DNA from: Cirrosporium novae-zelandiae
Taxonomy: Eukaryota
Reading direction: 5' to 3'
Assembly (NCBI GenBank): GCA_026023565.1
Contig: JAPETS010000047.1
Span: 62,001-126,000, forward strand
Length of the DNA stretch: 64,000 nucleotides
In this document: positions 13,526-25,060 of the stretch, in pieces
How positions within the stretch are numbered: position 1 is the first letter of the stretch
How the letters are laid out: every line of letters begins with the position of its first letter
The notes under the pieces: model-generated
What the model saw: only the letters and a program-made list of their open reading frames with translations
The model's database searches: none
What the model was told of the DNA's origin: nothing
Translations under genes and position numbers: made by a program

Positions 13526-14739
13526 CTACAGTCTAGACCCAGGCAACTCAGTAATCTCTTCACTCCCCAACTCCGAAATATTCACCATTCCTGGTGGGCC
13601 CTGCCCGCTCCCTGGCCGTCGTGAAGAACCGATATATGCCGAGGGATGACTCGACGTAGGTTGTGGTTGATTTTCATACAGCAGTTTTTCTTGTCTCATT
13701 AGGTTCATTAGAGGTTGTGAAGCTGGGTCGTTGGAGGTGTTAGCTACGGGTGGGTATTCGAAATCTTGGCTTTGTGGCTGTTGGGTAGGGTTGAGATAAT
13801 TAGAAGAAGTGTGATGTTTGCGGAAGAGGACAGCGAGAATGATGATAGCGATACAGAAGACGGCGAGGCCACCGACGGTTCCGCCGACTATGGCTCCTAT
13901 ATTTGTAGATTGTCCAGTCTGGTCCACTGGAGACGATTTTGTAGTGGAAATTTGCGAATTACTGCTGGTGGAGGGCTTTGAGGCGACATTCGCATTATTG
14001 GCTTGATACGTTAACGTAGCTGTCACAGAGCCCACTGCCGAGTTTGCGAGGAACGTTTGAATCGTGCGGCTACCTGGAGCTACGGAACAAAAGTATGCTG
14101 TGTAGTACCCCGGGCCAAAAGCGTAGAGGTCGTGGGCACAGTAGGGATAGCGAGAGTCGTTACTATATCACATAGTTCGTTAGAAGCCTAGATTCCGGAG
14201 ATAATATAGAACGCGCAATAGCATGAACTTGCCATTCCAGAGTCATAGAATTGCACCCTCCAGCACAGGACATAGATAGATCGGTGCTATGCACGCAAGC
14301 TTGTGCAATCGTGTAGTATGGACATAGCGAAGGGTTACAGCATCCGAGGTTCGAATAGATGGAGTTCGTTACGCACGCTTCACCTAGGGGGCAGGTTACA
14401 GGGGTCTCTGTGTACCGTTTCATTAGTCAAATGCGTTTGTTCTATATGTAAGAGGCATAGTAGGAGCTTATGCCTTGCCATCTGGTAGGGAGATGAAATT
14501 TCATCATTGTTCATACCTGATAAGCCATCGAGCCATCCGCATGTGTTTTGCACACTTTGTCGTTTCTTTAAGAGTTTGGAAAAGTCTACGACACCACCGT
14601 ATCCAGCTCCAGTGGGGCGAGAAGATATTCCAGTTGAGGCGGGGACTTCGTTGCAGGCGGTTTTGCGGGGGAGATGGATTGCTGAGCTGTCTGCGACTAT
14701 GGCCAGATATGATAATATCAACACAAATAGTGTTTTCAT
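13526..14739 (-). CDS. single-pass cell-surface protein: signal peptide, Cys-rich ectodomain, S/T stalk, TM helix, cytoplasmic tail
   Basis: Exons 14739-14517, 14407-14233 and 14162-13526 join in frame. TM segment GAIVGGTVGGLAVFCIAIIILAVLF-RK. C-terminal ISEL/TELP motifs. Confidence 0.8.
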
Positions 14740-16105
14740 ATTCTTAAAGTTTGTTCCTGGATATTTGTAAATTCACCAAGGGAGAAAACGGTTCTGCTAG
14801 ATGGATGGTATGCTCTGGTCTGCCTTTTATCACATCTGTCAGCATTGTGGTCAATAAATACTATTCCAAATAACTTTTAGGCTTGAAGCTCAGCCTAGAT
14901 CTAGACAAAAGATTAAGAATTGATTGTTAGCCATGTTTTCGGTAGCAATAAGCTGATTTGATGAAAATATAGACGTAGCTACGAGTATTAGAGATTTCGT
15001 AACAGTGATAGGATGGATATGTATATGACTTGGGTGGCTTAAAGCTTGAAAAGATGACATCCAGTTGAAAGTGAATCTGCCAGCCATGTAATATACAGAC
15101 TGCAAAAGGGTTTCTCTACAGTACCTGATAGACTAATACATTGCTGGATGAGGGTAAGTAATGGGGCAGAGATAGAGTAGAAGTAGGCGGGGGGGGGGGG
15201 GGTTAAGGCGGCGCGGGGTAAACGCCCTCTTGGCGCTAAGCCTCGGGCGGGGCCTGGAGCATATTTTATACATATCTACCTACTCGAGTAGGTATATCTA
15301 CATAGGTATATCTACATAGGTATCCACAGCACTATTTATTACACGATATAACTTTCATAATTTTGACCCATCCCATTACTATCGTCAAGGCTGACTTTTG
15401 TGTTTACTGTGCGTGTTAATCATGTTCGTGAACAATATAAATAAACACCCATCCATCTAGCGTTTTCAGTGTCAGCGTTGGAAACTCAATCGCCCTCACT
15501 CCGCCCTTTCGGTCTTGTCACTATTTTCATCTCAGTGAAGGTAGGGCCGAATGATTCATGGCACATTCATTTTTGGATGGTAGACCCACAAACTACTAAT
15601 TCTCAACCATCTTGTTTCTAGCCAGAAAGGCCGAGGAATCCCTTCTTTTGAATCATGTATATTGACTAGCTGTTTAGATGGAGAAGGTACAACTATCCTT
15701 TTCTCTCCTTTCTCTCTTCTTTATTTTTTTCCATTCGTGGCATTCTTTCTTCTCCAATTTAAGTGTTTGATTTCAGAGCTGGTGGTAAGATGACCCGTCA
15801 CAAACCCTTTCACGGATGATTATCGAAAGACCTGCTAACAAAGCTTCCTAGGTCTCCAACTTATGCTATTCGTTTTCTATTATATATCATTTGAAATATA
15901 TCCCCACCGCCTTCTGTCGCCCCAAACATAACTTCTCCTATTCCACTCTCTAGTCCAGGCCCAGAACAACTGAACAGCTATCTAAACACAAGGTCCTTGC
16001 TCTGATCGCCCTGAGATAACGAAGTCTAAGTTTGACGGCTACTTGCAGAACTTATAACTGCCCAAGTTATACCGAGCATACGTCCAAGAACAACTGCCAA
16101 ACATC

Positions 16106-17137
16106 ATGGCATTAACAGTCTCCCGATCATCGTCCAGGACACCTCCATCCAATCGTAACAACAGTGATTCTACGCATCCAGGGGAGTCACTCGAATGGCT
16201 CTATTGGGCTGAATACGATCTATGGATTCAGATCCCACTAAACTGGGACCCCAAAAATTTGGAATGTTTCTTTTGTAGCTATGACCCGTACCATAACGTG
16301 CGACGGAAGTATAGCTGCCACAAATACTCGGATATTGGTTCCTTGAATTTTCGTCCGGCAGAGGGTTACGCCGACTTACGCTCTTTTTCTGTTCCTGCAA
16401 AGCGCTGGAAGAAGAATGAGGCAAAATATTTCCGTTTTCGTGCTGTACGTGAGGGCGATTTGGGGCGAGAATACTATAAACTCGTGGACATTTTGTGCAA
16501 GGGTGATTATTTTAGGAGACTGCCATCAAACCCTCACAAGGCACTCACCTCCAGCCGAACCAAGATAATCCGTCATCAGACCAACGGATTGACCCCGGCA
16601 ACACCTCGTCGTCCCTGGAACTACAAACTATTTCCGCTCCTCAACCACCCCCAATTTGTTCTTCGGTGCTGCAAGAATTGTGCGTTTGATCAGACGGTGG
16701 CGATATGGAACAGACGTGATATGTGGAATGAAGCACAGACTATAGCTCCACTGCCTTGTCGGTTCCCTCATCATCACTCTCACCGTTATGGAAGCCGGGA
16801 AATTCCGAATTTCGTGGTAAGACGAAGGAGAGCACTGAAGAAACTGGCCGATGATTTTGATTACCACTCCGGTTACGATTCAGGTTACGATTCAGGTTAC
16901 GATTCAGGTTACAGCTCGGATCACGACTCAAATCACGAATCAGGTGGCCCCCCCAGTTCCCTTCCCGGTCCTAGTTCTACGGCTACTGGGACAGCAAATA
17001 ATCCCAATAATATTTCGACCATGCAGGATGTGGTTGCCCTTCGCAGCGAGGATGATGCGAGAAGACTGGTGGATCACGCACAGAGGACCCCCTCACGCTA
17101 TACCAGGATGCCCTCTCCTATGACGAGATTTTTTTGA
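16106..17137 (+). CDS. hypothetical 343-aa protein
   Basis: Long uninterrupted ATG-initiated ORF with good start context (ATCATGG). Internal (YDSG)n 12-bp repeat at 16871-16912. No recognised domain. Confidence 0.6.
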   Translation: MALTVSRSSSRTPPSNRNNSDSTHPGESLEWLYWAEYDLWIQIPLNWDPKNLECFFCSYDPYHNVRRKYSCHKYSDIGSLNFRPAEGYADLRSFSVPAKRWKKNEAKYFRFRAVREGDLGREYYKLVDILCKGDYFRRLPSNPHKALTSSRTKIIRHQTNGLTPATPRRPWNYKLFPLLNHPQFVLRCCKNCAFDQTVAIWNRRDMWNEAQTIAPLPCRFPHHHSHRYGSREIPNFVVRRRRALKKLADDFDYHSGYDSGYDSGYDSGYSSDHDSNHESGGPPSSLPGPSSTATGTANNPNNISTMQDVVALRSEDDARRLVDHAQRTPSRYTRMPSPMTRFF

Positions 17138-17842
17138 TCTCTTGGGGAATGTATATAAACAATAGTGTGGATGGAGAGCTTCAGGGTGATTGTTCGATAG
17201 GGATTACACAGAGCTAGAGAGAGATTCTGGACTCTAGTTTCATTTTGCTTGCTTGCTTGTACTATAGTATAGATTAAGAATAGGTACGGAGGTGGGGGCT
17301 TTAGACCAGGAACCCCATGATAATGATAGTCAAAAAGATCGTTTTTTAATCATCATCGGAATCATTGAATTCATTTGGCCATTAATTCATGCTGAGGTGT
17401 ACTGTAGGATGTACGTGTACTACAGGGAAGGGCATGTACTTGTCCCCTGGCCTAGGGAAATATAGATAGATATATTCCCGTACCTTCACCGCCCCCTCTA
17501 CATACCAACTGTAGGTCGTCCGTCCATACCCATAACCCATGGTTCATGAAAAATAATTAAGAAACCTCCTTAGACCCAATTTCGCATTCCGCCGTCGAAA
17601 AAAGCAATCCGGAAACGAAAATGTCGGCGAGTCATTAGGGGAAACGGAGCAGAACAAAACAAGACAAAAACAAATAGAACGTTTCTAGGGTCAAATAAGC
17701 TAGTTCAAGTTCAAACTCGGATGGGTTTTTTGTGGCCGATGATAATTATTGTGTAGGAAGGTAGATGGCCTTTTTAGGAAAGAGTGTAGATTAATGAATT
17801 CTACCCCAGGACATCAAAGCAAGGAAATGTGCATTCTATAGT

Positions 17843-20800
17843 CTACTCTTCACTAGTAGAAGCCTTGGGCGTTTTGTCCCCTTCGCATCCATCTTCGTCG
17901 TCCTCGTTGTCCTCTTCCGTCTCCCAGTCTTCGTCGGTTTCGGAATCTTGCTCCCGGTCAGATCTGTCCTCATCGTCCGTCCTTCTCCTCTCTTCTCCAT
18001 CGCTGTCGCTCTCATAGTCGAATGAAATCTCATCGTTTATAATCTTCTGTGCTAGCTCTTCGGCCTCCTGTGTAATTTTCAAGCGCCCTCGGTTCTCTAG
18101 AAGTAACTTGAGAAGATCCTGAAGGGGCGAGACCCACCCGCTTTTTGCTGCTTTCTCGACCGCATCCTTGGTGACTTCAACTGTACATCCATGATCCATT
18201 AGAACAGTGAAAAGATTTTCGCCGTCTTGTCCGTTCGTCATGGCCGCTCTAACAATCGGCTTGGTGATCATGATTGCTGGGTATCGTGTCAGCATCATTT
18301 CGAAGATTCTACCTGCTTCGAGCTCATTCCTAGCTGCTGCTTTCATGACGGCCTCTGTGATTTGAACTCTAGGGCTGCGGTCCAACAGCATCTCGAGAAG
18401 TTTTTCTCCACAAAAACGATTGCGTGCTGCAGCTGTTAGGACTGCTTCTGTGATTGCAACATCTGAGGTCCGGTCAAGGAATGTTTCGACGCGGGCTATA
18501 GAACCGGCGTCTCCAGTGCTACGTACCGCACTTATTAGAATATTCTGCGTAATTTGGACTTCGGGGCCAGCATATTCGAGAATGGACTTGAGGGTGTCCG
18601 CATCAACATATTCACTCTTTGCCGCGGTCTCTACCACGTTCGCCGAGACTTTCAAGTCTGGGTCTAGGTTGCGATCTAGTAAGAGCTTCAGCATATCTCC
18701 ACCGAAGATTGCATTCTTTGATGCAGCCTTGAGTAGCTCTTCAGTGACTTGGATCTTGTTGCCACGGGCGATTATAAGTTCCATGACGTCAGGAACATGA
18801 TTTCGGGCTATCATAGCGATGACGCTCGAGTTGATACCGTCACGTTTATAATAATTGATGAGAAATTCTGCTGCTTTTCCATTCGAGGCATGCGATATAC
18901 CAAACTCCAAAAGGTCTTTGGTAAGGTAGATATCTTTGTCATGGTCGAAGAGAATTTTCAGAACGTCGGATCGTCCAGAGCGAAGAGCACTCTTGAGGAT
19001 ACCAGGAATTATCTTTATGTCTTGTCTGTATTCTAGAAGACACTTTAGTGAGCGCTCCCATGGGTTTTGGACAGCCTTTTTGATCATCTCTTCAGTGATG
19101 CATATATTGTCTTCCGCCGCTCTTCTCATGAGAACCTCTATGCCCGGACCAAATGAGTGCCGAGCTGCTTTGAGCAGCCAATCCTCAAGACTTCGCCTAC
19201 TGTGATCAACTAGAAAGAGGATTATGTCTTCATCTCCCATCTCCACCGCTGCTATTACAACTTTATTGCTCAGTCTCCTGCCTTGCCGCGCTGCCAGTAA
19301 GACCTTCATCATTTCAACAGAAGTCGCAGGATATCGGTATGGACCAGACAATGTCCTTACAATGGCATCATCCGAGACAGTCGCTCCTCTAGAAAGCAGG
19401 AGCTTTACTGCCTCAAGGTAACCGGAAAAGGCTGCCCACAGCAGAGACGTTTCTCCGCTCTCGAGCTTCGCTTCAATATCTGCTCCGTGATCCAATAATA
19501 TTTTCATTATCTCCACGTGGCCGTTTTCCGCTGCCACCATCAAAGGAGTCCCACTGGCGACGTAAAATCTTGAGGCTGTAATGTCAGCACCCCTGTCCAG
19601 TAACAATTCAACCAACTCTTTATCACCAAACTCAGCTGCTGCATGCAACGGGGTCGATCCAGAATTGTTGATGGCTAGGGTATTTGCGCCCAAGTCTATA
19701 AGCAACTTTGCAGTTTTAGTATGTCCATTGGCGGCTGCTAATTCGAGCGCAGTATCATCATTTCCAGATCTTTGTTCAATATTGGAGCCACTCCTTACTA
19801 GATGTGCCACGGTCTCCATGTGCCCACTCTTAGCTGCTAGATGTAGGGCCGTCATTTTGGGGTCTTCTTCAGATTTGGACGTAGAGTTTAGGTTGGCACC
19901 TTTCTCTAGCAGGATTTGGACGATTAACTTGTTTCCTGACTCTGCTGCTAGATGAAGTGCATTTTTTCCTTCCGAGGACATGACTGTCAAGTCGGTACCG
20001 CTCTCAATTAACATATCAACAAACTCTTTTCGTCCGTTTGTGACTGCGAGATGTAGTGCTGTTAATCCTCTGTCGCAAGGAGCCTCTATATCAAAACCGC
20101 TCTTCAAAAGTTGTTTACCAATCTGTGTATATCCATATATTGCTGCCCAATGCAGCGCAGTTCGTCCATTTTCGTCTTTTGCTGACATTTCAATCGGACT
20201 TTGTTCAAGCAGCTTGCTGGTTGTGTTATATAAGCCGAACCGTGTTGCATAAATTAGCCTATCGTCGGCTAGAGTGTGCCGATTCTGATTCCGAGCCTGA
20301 ATAGCAGACTGCAAGTTCCCGTATTTCTCAACTAAGCGAGTTTCTAGTGTTTCTAGTATCTCCTGTTCTTTAGAATCAAGGGTAAGATGGTGACTCATTG
20401 GCTGTATACTGGCCCGTGCATGGCTCTCATTGTACCGAGCAGCATATTGAAGGAAGGGATATTTCCTAATCCGTTCTGAAAAAGAGTCCTCTGAGCGTGC
20501 ATCAGAACTAAAGACGTTGTATAAGAGGTATGTTATACATGAACAAGCAATCATGAATTCGGCTTTAAAAGGGAATAGTTCACCGTTGGTGTCAAGTGCA
20601 TCCAGGTATTCCTTAACCGTGGAATGGGACAGTACAATTATCTCGCCGTTAGATTCCGACTGGCTTGTGATGAGACCTGGACAATAGTTCAACAGGCTCT
20701 CCCGTGTCATAGAACGCTCATCATTCCTAGAAGTAGGATAATGAAGCTGTGGGATGCTGAGAGCATGTTGCAACTCATTCATCTGTAATGGCCGTTTTGC

Positions 20801-21814
20801 ATGGAGAACCCAGGCCAGCACTCTCATTGCAAAGTCGTGATTCTTGATTCGATTTACTGCTAGGCTATAGAAGCCTTCTCTATTCGTAGGTAAATTTCTC
20901 AGGGCATCATTGACTTCATCCACGTGTCCAAGATCTGCTAAATTATCCATAAGAAGACGAACCATGAGAAAGACGTATGAATATTTCCCCTGTACTGTGG
21001 ATAAAATTTGTTCTTCTAGTGATGGCTTTTCCCTGGTAAAAGCTCTTAGACTTGAATTATTCCGGATCCTTGAGTGTACGTATACTTGGACATCCTTGGG
21101 GTGCGATTTAACTTCAATCTTAGCTGCCATGGGAAGGGCTTTTCTAATTGTAGGGACATCGCGAGACATGATGAAGAATTTTGTATCTGGTGGGAGAACA
21201 TAGTAGAGCATATGACAAAGCGCCTCGACTTCTAGGCACGCGTCTAGACCATCAATCAGGACAAATTTTTTGTTGAAGGGAAAGCGTCTATAGCGAGAAT
21301 CTGGAAAGAAATTATTGTAGTCTCGAAACTCCACTTGCTTGTCCTTGTACCGCTCGAAGAAGTCTGCTGCTATGGATAGCAAAGAGCCATTTTCGAAGGA
21401 GGGATCTTGTTCCACAAACTGTCGCAATATATTTGTAAACAGCGCCAAAGCAGTCTGTTCCGTCTTTTGGGCTTGTTGGCAGTATACATAGGCAGCAGCG
21501 ACAGATTTGCTACCATCATCTTTAGGTTGGGGTTCGGAGAGAATATGATCCAGTACTGTTGATGCAAGAAAGGTCTTTCCGACCCCTGGGTCTCCATGAC
21601 ACCAAAGATATGAGGTGCTTCCATTCAACCATTTTTTGAACTCTGGTATCTCGAATATCCATGTTCCGGTACCTTGGATGCGCCTGCGTTTAATATCAAC
21701 ATATCGTTGTTTGAAATCGACATCCGAAATAGCACGAAGGATGTCCCCTCTTCTAGTCTGTAACTCGGGTACTCTGTGAGCTTGATCTGCATCCTCGCCA
21801 GTATCAGCCGCCAT
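17843..21814 (-). CDS. fungal NLR-like protein: NACHT-type NTPase, winged helix, ankyrin repeats, ~38-aa helical repeats, acidic tail
   Basis: GTGTWI, Walker A GDPGVGKT, Walker B region FVLIDGLDAC, AKRPL...ELQHAL, HSTVKEYL, about 8-10 ankyrin units (TALHLAA...G), then repeated ITE-V--AAARN units. Confidence 0.92.
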   Translation of the reverse strand: MAADTGEDADQAHRVPELQTRRGDILRAISDVDFKQRYVDIKRRRIQGTGTWIFEIPEFKKWLNGSTSYLWCHGDPGVGKTFLASTVLDHILSEPQPKDDGSKSVAAAYVYCQQAQKTEQTALALFTNILRQFVEQDPSFENGSLLSIAADFFERYKDKQVEFRDYNNFFPDSRYRRFPFNKKFVLIDGLDACLEVEALCHMLYYVLPPDTKFFIMSRDVPTIRKALPMAAKIEVKSHPKDVQVYVHSRIRNNSSLRAFTREKPSLEEQILSTVQGKYSYVFLMVRLLMDNLADLGHVDEVNDALRNLPTNREGFYSLAVNRIKNHDFAMRVLAWVLHAKRPLQMNELQHALSIPQLHYPTSRNDERSMTRESLLNYCPGLITSQSESNGEIIVLSHSTVKEYLDALDTNGELFPFKAEFMIACSCITYLLYNVFSSDARSEDSFSERIRKYPFLQYAARYNESHARASIQPMSHHLTLDSKEQEILETLETRLVEKYGNLQSAIQARNQNRHTLADDRLIYATRFGLYNTTSKLLEQSPIEMSAKDENGRTALHWAAIYGYTQIGKQLLKSGFDIEAPCDRGLTALHLAVTNGRKEFVDMLIESGTDLTVMSSEGKNALHLAAESGNKLIVQILLEKGANLNSTSKSEEDPKMTALHLAAKSGHMETVAHLVRSGSNIEQRSGNDDTALELAAANGHTKTAKLLIDLGANTLAINNSGSTPLHAAAEFGDKELVELLLDRGADITASRFYVASGTPLMVAAENGHVEIMKILLDHGADIEAKLESGETSLLWAAFSGYLEAVKLLLSRGATVSDDAIVRTLSGPYRYPATSVEMMKVLLAARQGRRLSNKVVIAAVEMGDEDIILFLVDHSRRSLEDWLLKAARHSFGPGIEVLMRRAAEDNICITEEMIKKAVQNPWERSLKCLLEYRQDIKIIPGILKSALRSGRSDVLKILFDHDKDIYLTKDLLEFGISHASNGKAAEFLINYYKRDGINSSVIAMIARNHVPDVMELIIARGNKIQVTEELLKAASKNAIFGGDMLKLLLDRNLDPDLKVSANVVETAAKSEYVDADTLKSILEYAGPEVQITQNILISAVRSTGDAGSIARVETFLDRTSDVAITEAVLTAAARNRFCGEKLLEMLLDRSPRVQITEAVMKAAARNELEAGRIFEMMLTRYPAIMITKPIVRAAMTNGQDGENLFTVLMDHGCTVEVTKDAVEKAAKSGWVSPLQDLLKLLLENRGRLKITQEAEELAQKIINDEISFDYESDSDGEERRRTDDEDRSDREQDSETDEDWETEEDNEDDEDGCEGDKTPKASTSEE

Positions 21815-22870
21815 TGCAGTCTTTCAGGAAGCCTCCTGCTTTAGAATTGAACAGATACAAAACAGGGAGTAACTTAGAAATTTAGGGAAAGAAGAGTTCT
21901 AGAAATATGCTGATAATTGAAATAAGTTGCAAGGATGTAGAAGTTGCTTGGCTTCCTTCAGCTGAGGTTGGGTCAGGTAGGGTGAGATATTAAGTCGTTG
22001 GGCCTCCAAAGCATTGTCGGCCATTCTAGCCATGGCAACCTTGCATGAAGTAAACTGGGCAGGAGTCAGTGTTTGGCTGGGCTGGGCCGGTTGACTGGGA
22101 ACAACGACTGGATTGAGACAACCAGTGTTATTGATTCAATAATCATGCTCTGGGTACTAATTGATTGATTGGAGTTGCTGGATACCTACCTAGGAACCTA
22201 GGTACTTACTGTAGGTATTTACTGTAGGTATTTACCGTAAGTACAGTACCTAGGTACCAAGGTAGTTTTATTACTCGAGGACTGTATGATAACTAGCGCT
22301 ATTCCTCATTCGTAATGGTTCGTATCCTACCGACGGCTATAACCGACTGCTGCGCATTCCCCGCCAAATCCTACCCAAGGGACAGCCTGATATTTCAATC
22401 CATGCCTTATTTTACTTAACATAGTTATGGTCTTCCTATTAAGTTGAACAGATATTCCTCATACCTCTCCAATGACATTATATCCTCCATTAGACAGTGC
22501 AAAGGAGGGCAAAAACATGCTTCCTGTCAATCCTACAAGCCACCGGGAGTCTTTGGAAGAATAGCACAGAAGAGATCTACCGATCGAAAAATATACTAAA
22601 CGGGTTGGATACATGCTTTCCCGCCAAGATGCTCGAAGATATATAGAACAACAAAGGATATCCATAGGAAAGTTCCAGAGAGATGACTGGAACAATAGCA
22701 TCCCAATAAAGATCAAGACTATACACAATAAGTCAAGATTACGAACAGGGCAAGCACTGGGAGTTTAAGCGCTTCCACTCACAGATACTGTATGAATTGC
22801 TATCACCCTCTACATCATCTCTTACCCGTACCCACCCCACACAACATGAGAGCAAAAAACAAAAACAAAA

Positions 22871-22989
22871 ACATACAACAGCTGGTATTCGCTGGTCGTC
22901 ACCGACCCAACTACTAACCAGCCGGTCTCAAGTTTATGTATGGCAGAGCGGACGGGATGCCCAGTTCTCTTGAGCCTGTGGTCGTATGT
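22871..22989 (-). rRNA. 5S ribosomal RNA (dispersed copy)
   Basis: The reverse complement is 119 nt, ACATACGACCA...CCCGTCCGCTC...TTAGTAGTTGGGTCGGTGACGACCAGCGAA...CTGTTGTATGT. Ends pair, T-runs follow, and TATAAATA lies ~22-30 nt upstream. Confidence 0.97.
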
Positions 22990-23756
22990 GTTATAGTAAA
23001 TGCTTGTGAGTATTTATATCGGGGATAGGATGGAATTGAATGGACGTTGGGGTGATGGAGAAGAAGTAGCCTTATATTGAGTAACCAACATCATATGTAG
23101 TCATTAGTCCTCTATCCCATTTTCTATAGCTCACAAGACTCCAGAAGAAGTCATTTCCTTAGATTCCCCTCGTCTGTGAAACTCTTTTTTTGACATATTT
23201 TTTCGCACTATCTACCTACTACGATTAGTAGAATAGGCCCCGATAGTATCCTCTTACATATAGCTATGATTTTAGTCTCCATAAAACCTCTCTTCATTGC
23301 ATGTTCGGTCAATACTTTCGGTATGCATCTCGTCGTTTTTACCCCTACTAAGACATCATGAGCTAATTACAGTAACAATTTCAATGCTGCTGCCCTAGTG
23401 GCCTTTTCAGGAACCTCCGCTTCTGTTCCCCCTTCAATATTTACATTGTGGCTAACTTGCCCTTGGAGCGGATTATGTCTATGCTGTGCTAGGAGTCAAG
23501 GTCTGTGAATCATGAAGCTAATGAAGCTCAGGCGGCACGGGCAAGGCTAGAAGGGAGAAATGGTGGGATTAGATGTAGAAGAAGATTGCTAATGGCTTTC
23601 AAGAAGGGAACTATATTGGAATTCAAAGTTCTCGAGCAACGGTAAAATCTAAATAACGCTCGTTTCCCTTATTGGCTCCTCCACCATCCTTCCCTCTTCC
23701 TCCTCCTAGTACTCATATCCTAGAGTTTCCAGTCCAGTACTATATCATGCAGTGAT

Positions 23757-24137
23757 TTAAAGCGCCAAGCAGGAGCCTGCATATTGTGCCTGTGGAGGAT
23801 CCACATTCACAGTTCCTTGTCCTACAATTGTGGAGTTAACTCCTTCTGTCCCAAAAAAAGTGCAAGTGGCACCGCCTTCGGAAGTGATATGTGCGACGAC
23901 AAGGGTTTCACCTGTGATAACAGTATAATTAGCACGAGTCACCAAGAGGAGTGGTTCTCATCGTATACCGGTATAGGTAAGGGTGCCATCAGCAGGAAAG
24001 TACATGGTGTAGGAAGCTTGCAATTGAGCGTCGACAAAGGTGATTAGGGCTTGGGGCTGGCGAGCTTCGTTGGCAGAAGTTGCTTGAACGGCCAAAGCGG
24101 CAGAGAGGAAGGCGACTGTGGTTGCGGTGAATTTCAT
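23757..24137 (-). CDS. small secreted protein (~107 aa, 2 Cys)
   Basis: Exons 24137-23969 and 23911-23757 with a 57-nt GT...GCTAAT...CAG intron. Signal peptide MKFTATTVAFLSAALAVQA. C-terminus GGATCTFFG...VDPPQAQYAGSC. Confidence 0.82.
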
Positions 24138-25060
24138 CTTGGAGATTTGTGCGTTTTTTGCTTTATTTCTATTTGCGATACAATGCGATTTGAGGTGGCT
24201 GTTGATTGAGGTTTCAATCCGGATGAAGCTCTTTAAAAGAGGATGAAGTTGTTGGGAATACTGTCCAAAACGATGGAGCTATACATCTCTTTTATATTTT
24301 GATGCTCACCAAGATCTCCAATGCTAGATACCGCATTCGCCATTAGAAGGTCGTATTCACTTCTTAGCATCATATTGTTGTTGTTCAGAAAGCACAATGT
24401 GTAACTAGGACTAGTAACATTATATCTCAACTTACTTTTGAAGGATGGTTAGCATGAGAAGATGATCCACAAGAACGTGGAGATCTCCAGGGACAAATGG
24501 AATTTCGTTGGACAGTAAAGTCGACATCCCTCGTATTGTCAGCTATTTAAAGATGTTGATAGTGATTGATAATAGAGTTGTAGTCAGCAAAGAAGTAATG
24601 GCCTATAAGGACATGGATCTAAAGTCAATGGGCTAATTAGATGAGATGTTTGCCCCACTTGTGGGTAGACACTGCCTTTGGATTTGTGGCATCTAACATG
24701 TTTTGATGGACTGAATGATTGATCGTAGATGCTTGCCACAGCGGCGATGGGAAATTTGTTGTTAGCAGGAAAATAGAGTCTGTCAGCTTCGTATAGAATA
24801 CACATACAATGCGACGATTGATACCTGAGTTGCCGGGACTTCGGGCCGTTGCAAACTTAGGCCGTGTTCTGAACCGGTAATTAATAACTTAACCGCGCTT
24901 GATGTCTTCTTTCTGATTAGTGATAGTAAATACGTTGATCGTGATATAGAATACGTCTTCCTTCCTTCCCTTAAATACCTGGGTACACAACCACCTGATG
25001 AAAAAGTGGAAGCAGCATAAGTAAACTTCATGAGAAAATTGTTGTTGTCAAGTGAACAAT

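Noticed and set aside
18227..21624. Antisense and alternate-frame ORFs inside the NLR (similarly inside the transporters and coiled-coil gene)
   Set aside because: Shadows of the real coding frame.
21750..21814. Amyloid signalling motif at the NLR N-terminus
   Set aside because: The short leader is charged, not G/N/Q/S-rich, and no HeLo or gasdermin-like neighbour is recognisable.
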